A DNA stretch of 64,000 nucleotides from Chrysomallon squamiferum (taxonomy: Eukaryota > Animalia > Mollusca). The notes beneath the pieces were generated by a model, which saw only the letters and a list, made by a program, of their open reading frames with translations, was not told the DNA's origin and did no database searches. The stretch covers positions 868,001 through 932,000 of the forward strand of contig CM022676.1 in assembly GCA_012295275.1 (NCBI GenBank). Reading direction: 5' to 3'. The first letter of the stretch is position 1. Every line of letters begins with the position of its first letter. Of this stretch, positions 50,093 through 62,307 are shown piece by piece. Position numbers and translations under genes: made by a program.

Positions 50093-53000
50093 ATGGTGGG
50101 TTGATTATTGTTTGAACTCTTGAAAAATATACATTAATTTCAGTTTAAATTCTTTTAAAGGTTTAAACTTTAATAAAACAGTAAATAATTGTTAATTATA
50201 TGAGTTTATAACAGTAGTTATAAATCTAGAAACATCTGTATTTTAACAGTTAATGTTTGCATGAAACCCACACGTGGTCGGTACTTGAAATTTGTATTAT
50301 TTACCGTACCTTGCGTATATAGAAGTGTTATTAATACACACTCGACTCGTTAATTTTCATTATAAATTCATTTTGTTATGGTAAGTGGATTGTCAAAATA
50401 ATCAGATATTACAGAATATTGATATTCAATGATACTGGTAAAATCTCGGTTTTAATAGCAACACTTGCACTGAGAGAGAGATCATCCGAAATATGTAGGT
50501 ATATGGACAAAAAATTCAATCAACACCAAATTCAACATAAATAACATTGCTGAAAAGAACTCTAAAAACCCTGTAAAAAAACAACAAACGTGATTCTGTT
50601 GAGTATTAAGGAAGTTACAGCATTTTAACGTTTTCAATTAACACTAATTAATTGTTCTATTATTTAGTTCATTTGCATTACAATGGCGTGACCAAAATCC
50701 TATTGTTTTTCACTAAAATGCATGTAACTTTCTTAATCAAATTTTATTAGTGAAATTTGGACTGAAGATAGATGGTAACTAGTTCTCTCAATTCAAGCTA
50801 TTAAAAGTGCAATATAAATAATTAGTAATACAGCAGATTTTAATTCTGACGTTTTAAGAGATCCTGTTTCTCACTTCCTGTTTGGCAAATTGCAAACTTT
50901 CATGATATCTCTCAGTTATGGCACTTTCTTATCTGCCTGGTTTTCAGTGAGGACACAGCAACAGGCTTGGTACTGGGAAGAACAATGACATTTTCTTCAT
51001 CAACCTGAGGGACTTCCACTGGCTGGATAATACATGACATAACTGTGGAAATAGTACTGGTCAGGTTCAGCTGTTCAAAACTTTCATGACAAATGGAATC
51101 AAACATTGAATTCCACAGTATCACTGAGTTTCTTGAACTTGTTGTTGTCAACAAGTTTCTGAATTTGTGATGTAATATAATTCAAAACTGTATTTCTCTG
51201 ATGACCAGTAATATTATTGGGGATATATGATTGAAGTTCTCTAAAGGTCTTCGCACGGCTTTTTTTGCAGCGAAAGACAAAAATAAACAATACTGAATAC
51301 GTGACCATTTAAGAAATTCGCCAAAGAAACTGGAATTCCATTGGGAAAGTTCTCTTCCAAGTGTTGGTTGGCTATACCAGTCCTTGGATTGGGGGATTTT
51401 CTTTTCTGCTTCAAGTTAGGCATCCCGAAAAGAAGGCCAACATAATAAAAATGATTACTAAATTTCAAAATTAGTTCATACCGACTGGCTGAAGGCACTC
51501 GCAAAATCCACAGTCATCCACATATTTACAATCCATTGGGTAATAAAAGTGTGACATAGAGTACAGTCGTATATTTATACAGCATCACAATCTGTTCTAT
51601 CACTCATTTATCAAACATAGCTGAAATTGAGGGTAGAAATCATTTCAGTTTCACTCGAATTTTCATCCGCCATGTTTGATTTTGAAGCCATTTTGATTTT
51701 ACAGCTCGTCTTTCCAGGGTTTATAACTTTTCTCAGCTATGTCAGATTTCAATATAAATTCACATATAATAAAATTAAATATTGTTCTTTGCCTCCATCT
51801 ACCTTAGATTATCCTCCGATATCGAAAACGACAGATTTTAACGTGTTGAATACAAAAAAAAAATCGAACTCTTCTCCAAAACAAACCAGTTGACCGAACT
51901 GAAAAATTCGAAAACGAGTGAGTATACAGGAATTTCCCGCTAATTATACTATCAGGGATAACCGAAACTCCCAGCCCCTGACTAATGAAAAGCGATTTAT
52001 GCAGAGACACCACTCGCCATCAGGGGAGATTCAGGTCACACGGATATAGCAGAAAATGGCAGACGCAGTTCTGGCAGTAATACACATACCTAAAATATGA
52101 ATTGCTGTTAGTAAAGTACAATAAATAATACATACTAATAACTTAATATGTTAATAGCATCTAATTTTTTAAGTTTACTGTATGTGATGGTGCACAGAGA
52201 ATTCAGTGAATTGATATTAGACAAATTTGTATGATTAGATAAAAATTTCATTTATATGGTGATCTGAGAAAACCCTTGACATTACTTTTAATTATTTAGA
52301 AAATAAGACATCTTCAGATAAAATTGCAGAAAACAAACAAAATATCACTATTTCATTGTGTAAAATGGTAATGCATTCATTATTTATTAATCATTTTAAC
52401 CCTCTGTGAAACTAAAAAAGAAATAGTTTCTTTATAAACAGTGACACCCTGCTAAAAAATGTGTCAAATGTGAAAGACCAGCCATCAGTTTTATTAATCT
52501 GCTCGAATCATTGATTTGATTTTTACATTAATTTCTGTAAAGTGTTGATTTTATAAGTTCAGCATCATTTATAGGACATAATATAAAATCCATTAACAAA
52601 GTTGTCTAAAGAAATTTCTATTCTAAATTCTTCACATTGTGGCAAAAAGTGAGCACACTTTGGTTCCTTTGGCAGTCAGTAGGTGCAGCTATCTTGAGTG
52701 TAACAAAAGATCCACAATTTTTGCCTATCAACTGGTTGGTAATCAAATAAATGAGCAAGGCTTTCAGAAGTAAAAGAAACTTCATTTTAAATATAACTGG
52801 GTCCAAGGAGTTATGGTTATATTTGTAAATGTCGGTAATTATAATGTATTTATTTTGTAAATGAAAACCAATATCAAAATTATCTTTTGCCATCTAAACT
52901 AGCAATTAAAAATGGCAGAAGTAACTCAGAACCACTGAACTGAGATGACCTCATGTTAATCAGCTGACCTTTGCATGCCTATTCAGGTTGATTCAGACAA

Positions 53001-54660
53001 GGCTTAATTTTTGAACTGGTAATTTATGATAGTTACTGGGTTTCTTCTTGTAGCATGTTTATGTACTATTACATGGTAATGTTAAATGAATATGCTGGCC
53101 AGAATTGTTAGCTGTATCAGAGATAATTATGTGTAAGTGAAGCTACTTAAATTTTTCTGTTTACACATACATACAGAATACTAAATGCATAATTGAGGAT
53201 TACAGCTTGCACATTATTGATTATTAGTATTGTGGGTATAATACAAATATATGGAAATTTTGGGATATTGGGTTGACATGCTTGAGATTTAAATCTACTT
53301 AACTAAATTATAGGCTAATTGATTGCATGAGACATAACTTTATATAAACATTTAAAGCAGATTAAAATAAAAAAATAAAGTATATTCTTCAAATGGCAGT
53401 ATTTTCAACTGAAGATGTTAAACAGTTTGCATCTTTTTTATTTAGGGAGCCAAAAAGCAGGATCCCAAAGGAGGGTCAAAAAAAGGACCAGCCAAACCAA
53501 AGAAAGATGGAGGAAGTGGGGGTGGAAAAGCGAAGAAGAAGGTAAATCAGAAAAATCTTTTCTGGCAGTTTTTTTTTTTTTTATATATATATATATACAC
53601 ACACATATATATATATGTGTATATACATATATATATATATAAACACACACATATACATATATAACAGGGAAAAAATAAAAGGATTTATTAAAAGAAAATA
53701 TATTTTTGATCAATCCAATATCCAGTAAAGATACAGCCAATTTATAAAAATGTAATAATATATTTTATTATTAAATTTAATAAACTTTTATTCTTTCATT
53801 TGAACATCATGATTGACATTGAATGTTTTGGCTTTTGTAGAAGTGGTCTAAGGGAAAAGTTCGAGATAAACTGAACAACTTGATTTTGTTTGACAAGGGC
53901 ACGTATGAGAAACTGTACAAGGAGGTTCCCAGTTACAAACTGATAACACCCTCTGTAGTTTCAGAAAGGTTAAAAATCAGAGGATCTCTGGCAAAGGCTG
54001 GACTTAGAGAACTTCATTCAAAAGGTTAACACACTTTTCTGATAATAATTTGATGAAGGTGGGGAAATAAATTCTTACTTAAAAATGTATCTTGGTCATA
54101 AAAAATGTAAAATTTTAACTTTATAATTTCTTTATAACCTGTTGAGATTAGAATGTCACCTATGGGTTGAAATTTATATTTTCTTTGAACTTTTTTATAA
54201 AAGGAAAGTGAACAAGAAAATATTCCCAGCATAAGAATTTATCCTGTATATTATTAGATTAATAAATAATTTTAATGAGATTATTCTAACAAAAATTTAT
54301 TGTAAGCACTTTTTGATGAAAGTGATTTTGGCAGGGTTCCTGAATAATTGCTTTGACATTATTATTTTTTGTGAAAACTGAATTTAAAAGTAAATTTATA
54401 CTGTTCATAATATTTATGATGACTTGTCTTATTATGCCTTATGTAATAATTAAAAACAACAACAGTAACAGTAATGTAATAATAATAATCCTCTTAGTGC
54501 ATGCATTAAATGGTAGATAACATTTGAGTGTATTTGTAGGAACATCTTCACTGTCTAAAATAACAGTAATTAATTGTTCATTGCAGGTCAGATACGTCTG
54601 ATCTCCAAACATCACTCACAGCTCATTTATACTCGAGCAACAAAAGGAGAAGAAGCATAA
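50093..54660 (+). CDS. RPS25: 40S ribosomal protein S25 (eS25), 118 aa, 4 exons
   Basis: Exons 50093-50095 (ATG only), 53446-53541, 53841-54024, 54587-54660. Translation [59 protein letters not shown]...[21 protein letters not shown] at ~54673. Missed by the ORF track. Confidence 0.95.
50496..52092 (-). mobile_element. 1.6-kb non-autonomous DNA transposon with short TIRs and a 7-bp TSD (possibly hAT superfamily) in RPS25 intron 1
   Basis: Direct repeat aaatatg at 50489-50495 and 52093-52099. Termini TAGGTATATGGA and, reverse-complemented, TAGGTATGTGTA (10/12 match). A decayed minus-strand reading frame runs from ATG 51673 to ~50912. Confidence 0.65.
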
Positions 54661-55902
54661 AAATGGACTTTAAATAAAATGTTTAAAAAAACAGATCGTG
54701 TTTGTATTAACTTTTGTCTTGTAGGGAAATGCATAAATAAAATGGTGTTAATATTTTTTATAAAATACTAAGAACAAATTGTTAACTAATAACTCTGCAT
54801 ATTAATCTAAGTTAAATTTTCAAAACTGAAATAGTTTGTAATTTAAAGCAAGGCATCCAAACACTTATTTGATCAAGTTTAGATAGTATGGTGTTTGTTA
54901 ATACTGAGAAATAGCCAAGTGCTATCAGAAGTATTTACCAATAACAAAAATTTTAATCAACTGAGTTTTTATATTTTGTTTTATACAAAGTATTTCCAGA
55001 TCTCAGTAGTAATGTCATTCTGAATTCCCAAATGACAGACTTGTGTAATAAGAAACAAGTTTGCATTAGTCTATTTTTTTTTTTTTTTTTTTTTTATTTA
55101 CATTATGATGTGAATACATGTAAAATAAATGAATGGTATGTGAAAGAGTAGTTGGTTCTGTACTGTATACATCTCTAATGTGAAGAGATCTTGTCTTGTG
55201 AGCATTGCCAGTCTATACTAACATGTCTGAGTACATTTAGAATAAGCAAATGAGAAATGTATCAGAATTATGTTGTTTCTAAGAAACTTGAAATTCCAAA
55301 GAGTACAATATCAAAAAAGTAAAGAAAACAAATAACATTTATTTTGTATATTTATATTATTATTATTATTATTATTTTTTTTATCTTTCATTGTATAATT
55401 TTATATACCATTATAGTCGAACTACATGTGCTGATGTCATTAATAACAGCATTAAAACAACTTCACGAACTAAAGTATTTTAACTCATGGATATCTGTAA
55501 TAACTGCCAACCATAACAAACTGACAGTGTTTTCCAGTGATGATCGTAACTGTGGGGTTAAGCTTATCGCCGTCCTCAGCCAGTGTCACGTGCAAACAGT
55601 TTGGTATTTTATTAATGAACGTAAAACAGTTATTTTTATAAAAACATGACCAGTGATATTTTTATATCGTACAGTGGTCAAAGTATTTAACCTTTCGATT
55701 CGCTATATATTGCCTAAACGAGGTCAATGTGACAAGCATCTGCCAGTGTATTGCTGTTGCTATGGTGCTGATCTAGCCACGTGATGTAAGCAAAAGCAAT
55801 GGTGTATTGATTGCTTTGTCCTTAAGTGAGCGTTTTATATGCTAGCCTTCGCAATTTTCAGACAGCTTGTCCGCTAGAGTTTGTATATAACAAAGAAGAA
55901 AA

Positions 55903-58236
55903 ATGGATGTACTGATAGTTCGTTTTACCTTCATCGCGCTGTTATCCCTCATTCCTTCATGCACAGCCAAATGGGTGGAAGGGTACCTGGACACGGATAA
56001 GGTACGTCAGACATTCTTCGATAAACATAAAATCGATTTATTTGTTGCATCATTACACACAGATAAATCATACTTTATAGCAGAAGAGCAGAAATTAAAA
56101 CAGTTTTAATATGTTGGAATGTCTATACTTAGAAAAAACAAAACAAACAACAGCAAAAAAAAAAAAAAGAAAAGAAAAACGATATTGACATATTAATCTA
56201 ATATTATAATTAAACTATAAATTAATACTATTTACCAGTTTTATATTAGCATATAAATACATTGCCTTAATATAGAGATAATTTTCCTGTTATAGGTATA
56301 TATATTTTAATATTCACATTTACTACTACTACTAGTGTAACTTTTAAATCTTATCTTATAGGTATTTTCTAGTGTTTCAAAAACTTGGTATGTTATACAG
56401 AAGTAAATAACAAAACAACATATCATTTGTAATGTAAATGTTAATCCATTTATGTTTCACAGAACTTGAATATTTTGTTATTTTAATAGTCGCAGTTATT
56501 AATAATTTATTGTTAATTTAATAAATTAAAAAAAAATAAAAAAAAAAAATTAAAGAAGGATAATGTAACCATGGTATTAAATAATGCGGTTATAATTGCA
56601 ATAATTATTTGAAATGTCACATTTAGGTTTTAATACTAGAATATGTACAGTGTTTCATACTTTCTATGCTGAGACATCAAAATAATTTAAGTTGAAAATA
56701 AAAATAGGCAGCACTCTGAAATGTTTGTAAATGAACCTATTTTGGTTTGTGTGTGAGTGTGTGGAATCATTCTGTAAAATATAAAGTCTAAAGAAGGCAA
56801 TGGACAATGTTTTATTTCACAATATATATTCTGAATTTACATCTTACACAAATGGACCATTGCATGGTTTCACTGTAGTTATACCTTGACACACCTTTCC
56901 TTTAAGTTATTATAATGTTTTTAGTTGATTTGCAAACTCTTTATACTAACCACATGAGCAGTAATTTGTGCATGTAGACATTTTTTAATAATGAACTCTT
57001 GAAATATGCTTGTTGTAATGTATACTCATGCCTTTATCATCCAAAAATAATAACTGATTTTTTTCATAACTAAACTCATTCTCATATTTTTGCCCTATCA
57101 CTATTTCATTACAAGCTAATTTGGTTAGTTCTTAATTAAACAAAAATAATAACCATATTTTAAATATTTTATAACTAAATAGTTAAATATTATTTATGGT
57201 GACAATAACATTTCATATACAAATATTATTTAAATAGTAACAGTATTACCTTAATAAAATGTATAAATATTTGAAAATAAAATAACAAAATAAATCTAAA
57301 AAAAATAAATTTAAATCAAAAGTTAAATGATAGGACATTTGATTAAAATAACAAAATAAAAATTTACTAATTGTGGTTATTTATATTATTTTATTTTAAA
57401 AATAGCAGTTGTTTCAGAATTATAGTAATAAAGATATTTCTTAATTTGAACACATAATTGCCTGAAATTGTTTATAAGCAAGCAACTAAAAGTTGTGTTA
57501 GTAATAATTTTTATTTTATACACACACACTTAAAAATAAATATATGTGTGTGTGTGTGTGTGTGTGTTAATATTGCAGTGATATATTATTTCTTTTTTTT
57601 TTTAAATTTTTAATGGAAGAGTTTCTCCTAGTCAAAAATTTAGGATCTAAATTTCATATTGATCATAAGAATAATACCAAAAAAAACAAACATTTGTTGC
57701 CAAAAAAATATTATTCAGTGTTTTTTGGTTTTGTTTCTGTCACTTTCAGAACTAATCCAAAAATAAATCTGATCTTTTTCATTCATTCAATAATTTAGAA
57801 TTAATGTGTAAAGTCCCATAATAGCCCATTGTTAATACCTGCATATTTTTCATAAAGATATGATTATTTCTTCCAAACAAATTGTTAAATCAGGTTATTA
57901 TTATCATTTAATTTAATATTCTTTTATTTATTTTGTTTACGATTCTTAATATATTCCATTATGTACTTTCATATTAAAAAATTATCTGACATAAAATCAA
58001 TTAATGTTTCAGAAACCTTATAAGAGAATCTATTTGCACTTCGTGAAGTATATTCTCCAGTGTGAAAACTATTAGTCACAAAATTTACATACATTTGTTT
58101 TTCATATCAACACCTGTAATGTTCACTTTGAATTTACATACTGTTTTCTGAGGAAAAGCTAGTCTACTGTTCACTTTACACTTGAATTTACTCTTTAATT
58201 TAACTTGTTTTATAATATATTTAAAGCTCAGTTGTT

Positions 58237-58268
<32 letters not shown>

Positions 58269-58676
58269 TTCTGTTGTTGTTGTTTTTAGTAATATTCACT
58301 CCAGTCAGTATCTTGCTATTAGAAAAGAAATGAATAAATCATGTTTTTACAAAAAATGTTTAATTCTGACCTTGGTGACACAAAAATTAAAAGTAATTGG
58401 TATCTTAATTAAATACAGTATCATATAAATTGATAAGTTCTTGTAGGGGAGGTTGTGATAGTGATAATCAGTGTAATAAACAAAATGTTTAAATAAATTC
58501 ATTACAAACATGGTTTCTATTACTAGGTGTATTCAACTATGTCTGTAGAGTGTATATTTAGTTTATTGCAACATTCCATAATTTTGTTTATTTTACTTTT
58601 TTTTTTTACCTCAACAACCAAAAGATAAACACAATATATGTGTTTAGTTGTTACATTTGAAAGTTAATAATTAAAC

Positions 58677-58707
<31 letters not shown>

Positions 58708-60636
58708 CAGATATCTGGAAATCTTTTGTAGCAATTGATTATTTGGTATTCTTACTAAAATTTTCAGTTGTTGCAATCATTTGTTATAATTGATGATAAT
58801 AGAAATATTATAAAATACTGAGCATAAAATTTCTTTGTAGTCATTAAAAAATTCAGATGTTTACAAACTTCCTTACAGGAATTTATTATTTATTTCAGGA
58901 TTGGCAGTTTCTAGGGAGATTTTGCTTTTTGTCTGAACAAGGGACGCTGGAATACAATTTTATTTATCCAGTTGTAAGTCTATGCTTAGAAATATTAGTT
59001 AACAATACTTAGCAAGTCACAGTAAATAATTTAATTTAAAGAAAAATAATTTTTAAACTCTTCTCTAGGGTAAAGTCAGATTATAAAAATATTGTTTAGT
59101 TTGATGTTTTACATGAATTAGAAATTATTGTTCTGAATTCTGAGAAATACTTTTTTCTTTTCTTTTTTTTTTGTCCTAATTTGTTTATAAAAATATGAAC
59201 ATACATTTTGACTAATATATTTTATTTTTAATGAAACATTTAGGTTTTTTTGGACTACACTGCTAATTAATCATACACCGATACATGCCTATTTGAAAGT
59301 AAATCTTATTAAAATAAGTACACCAATTCTAAAAAAAAATAATATAAAAAAATAACTTTGTTTCAGTTCAGACAAAAGTTTTGTTTATTGTTGCTGTCAT
59401 GGTTTTCTTCCTTCATGACTTTATTTCTGTTTGTTCAATGTTTTTTTGTCTATTGTTTGTTCGTGATCAGCAAAGAATTGATCTATTTATGGTAACTCGT
59501 CATATTGCTTGATAAATCAGCATGCATGGTGGGGTTCTCAAACATTCATGTCAGGCATGACTGATTTCTGATAACACTATAAGACTGTGTATTATTATTA
59601 GGTTCAATATCTAAATCAGTTTTATAAGTAAAATACAGAAATCAAAATATTGTGTATATATATATGTCATTGCCTTATTTATTGTTTAATATGTTTTAAT
59701 CTTTACATGAAATAATACCTGAAATTTAGTTATTTATTTTATACATATAATGAGGAGGGGATGTGTCTTGTGAGACCATAATGTTGGTATAAATGATAAT
59801 ACATATGTAACCCACTACATACTCACTACAAAAACTCACTAAGGAATAAACAATCAAGAGGGGATTTCAATAAAGGGCTTTAATAGTATGTAATCCCTGC
59901 TACAACATGGTAACTCTGGCACAGTTTAGCAGGCTGATTCAGTCTGAACAGACTAGTACAAGGAAAGCGTTATCACTGGTTGACTTTCATTCAGTATTGT
60001 AATAAGCAATCACAGTGTATGAAGTAATAACACTACACTGTATTCAAAATGTAGATAACAAATAATCAATAAATCAGACATTACATATACCTGAACATTT
60101 GTAGATTGTAAATGTTCCCAGTAACAAGTACACATCCACCTATGTATGTATAGTTACACTGTTGAGTCTCCATAAACATGTATGTTCTTTTATGTGATTC
60201 CTGGAAGCTGTGTTTGTGTTTTGTATGTATATAGTGAAAACTAAACACTGGTTTTGTTTGTATGTAGGTCAACCAGCTATAGAAACATATATTATTTATA
60301 GTTCAGTTTGTGAAAGAAATCAATCGCACATTAAAAGTATATAGCAGTGAATTATTAAATTTCTGCATGGGAATTAAATTAATACATTTATTTCGTTTTA
60401 AGCAAAGTAATTAAAAAAATGAATCAAGAAATGTTCTGTATTTCATGGGACAGGGTTATTAAACATTTTATTGATAATAACTATTTAAAACTTTATTTCA
60501 GGCGTACAGTACAGAAGACATATTGTTATATTATGATACTGACAGCCAGTGGCCTTCTGTTTATCCATCCAGCAAGGTAAATACCAGAATATAACAACTG
60601 TTATAGAGTCTTCTACCTTTTAATTTCTAATTACTT

Positions 60637-60693
<57 letters not shown>

Positions 60694-62307
60694 AGAGCAA
60701 TCATAATTCTAATATTTCAGTTTTGTTCATTATAAAATTGTTGACTAATACTGACATTTATAAAAATAAAGAGAATTCAACAACAGAATTCCTTACCGCT
60801 CACAGAGATTAACATGTTATGGGTTGATGACTTTCTTTAACAGTATCCCAGTAACACAGCTATAAACAACATTATTATCTGCAAGTTAAAATATCATTAT
60901 TTGTTAAGTGCCAGATCTGTGTAGCCAATTAGGAAATCTAACTCCAGAAAAGGGGAAATAATCAATTTTTACTGTCACTCATCAAAACATTTTCATGGAC
61001 AAACTGTGTGCAATAATATTTAAATTCTATTTTTAACTTTAAAATAATTTGTCACAAACTGACAATAACAGATATGTTGCAAAAACTGTTATTTGAATTT
61101 GTATTTGTTAGTATTTGTAAGCAGATGAAATTGAATATACCTCTAATTGACATTTCTCCTTAACACCATTTCACAAATAGTAATGTTAGCATTGAAAAGA
61201 AACTGACATCTGAGGTTTACTGTTGATATGTTTTTTATTTTTATTTTTTGTCTTGATATTTAAGAGAACTGTCACATAATAATCTTTGGTTTGTTGTTGT
61301 TTATATTATGTGTTTTTGTGTGGGTTTTTTTGTTTTCTTTTTAAGAATTGAGGATTTAAACTTGCTCTGATCACAGTAAATGTAAAATACAACTAATTTG
61401 TAAAACTAGGGGAAGCAGTATAAGTAATATAAACAGGTTAATGATACAAAACAGTAGTTCTGCATTCTACTTCATTCTGGGGGTTTATATCCTCATTTTT
61501 TATACAATTTTAATTAATACCAGTGACAAAATATATCAACAAAAGAATTCAGAAAAAATAAATATCTAGCTGAGGCCATTTTTCTACTACCTTCATCAGT
61601 TCACCTTGTCCTCAGTGATTCCTAATTTCAGACTTTGATATGAACTCTTTAGAGATGTTTATTGTGGTGTTATAATTTATTACTGAAATGATAGTCTGCT
61701 CAAATAAAAATGCATGAATAAAATTTTTTTTTTTTTTTTACCATTTATTTGTCCATAACTTCACTTTAAATATTAAATATTTGTTATGTTTAATTGTTGT
61801 CATTATTTTCAGAGTTGTGGAGAAAAGTTTTCAGTTTTGAGTATAGATAATAATCAAGTAATATCACTTAACACAAGTTACACAAGAACATCTTCCTTCT
61901 CTGGATGTAAAATAAGTGTTTACAATGGTGAATCAGTTTATAACTGTACTCAGAGTCGCCGGTTCTCGTCTCGCAGGGAGCGATGGTGGTACATTGCAGT
62001 CTCCAGATGTCATCAGCCATCTGAGAAGGTTTGTTATTACAATTTACAAAATATATCAATTTAATTTTTTCTTTTACAGTCTTGTGAAGAAAAATTTGCC
62101 GTTCTTAATGTTGAAAACTATCAAGTGATCTCACTAAATGACAGTAGGGCTTACATTTCATCTGCATATTCTGGCTGTTTTAAATTTAATAAGACAACAA
62201 GTGATGCGAAGGGAGAACAGTACTGGAACTGCACTGGTAGTAGAACATTTAGGTCAATGCGAGAACGCTGGTGGTTCATTGCTACTTCCCGATGTTACCC
62301 ACAAACG
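55903..62307 (+). CDS. TMEM145: TMEM145/GPR180-family membrane protein, 5' exons (gene continues beyond the right edge)
   Basis: Exons 55903-56001 (signal peptide then AKWVEGYLDTDK), 58899-58973 (DWQFLGRFCFLSEQGTLEY), 60502-60576 (LLYYDTDSQWPSVYPSSK), then alternative exons 61813-62028 and 62080-62307 (..SRRERWWYIAVSRC / SMRERWWFIATSRC). The W-FL-RFCFLS and RERWW-IA-S-C motifs are characteristic of TMEM145. Confidence 0.85.
60640..60688. repeat. (TG)n microsatellite
   Basis: Seen directly in the sequence. Confidence 0.95.
61813..62028 (+). CDS. TMEM145: TMEM145 exon 4A (72 codons, phase 0-0)
   Basis: Acceptor ttttcag|agt and donor aag|gtttgt; SCGEKFSVL...RERWWYIAVSRCHQPSEK. Confidence 0.8.
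62080..62307 (+). CDS. TMEM145: TMEM145 exon 4B (76 codons, phase 0-0), paralog of exon 4A
   Basis: Acceptor cttttacag|tct and donor acg|gtattc; SCEEKFAVL...RERWWFIATSRCYPQT. Confidence 0.8.

Noticed and set aside
52184-52267. Possible C/D box snoRNA (gtgatgg ... ctga) in RPS25 intron 1
   Set aside because: Imperfect box C, no convincing terminal stem, and no rRNA-complementary guide that I could recognise.
54313-54381. Possible C/D box snoRNA (ttgatga ... ctga) in RPS25 intron 3
   Set aside because: The boxes are present but expected by chance in AT-rich DNA, and the putative guide matches no rRNA segment I can recall. A snoscan run would be needed.
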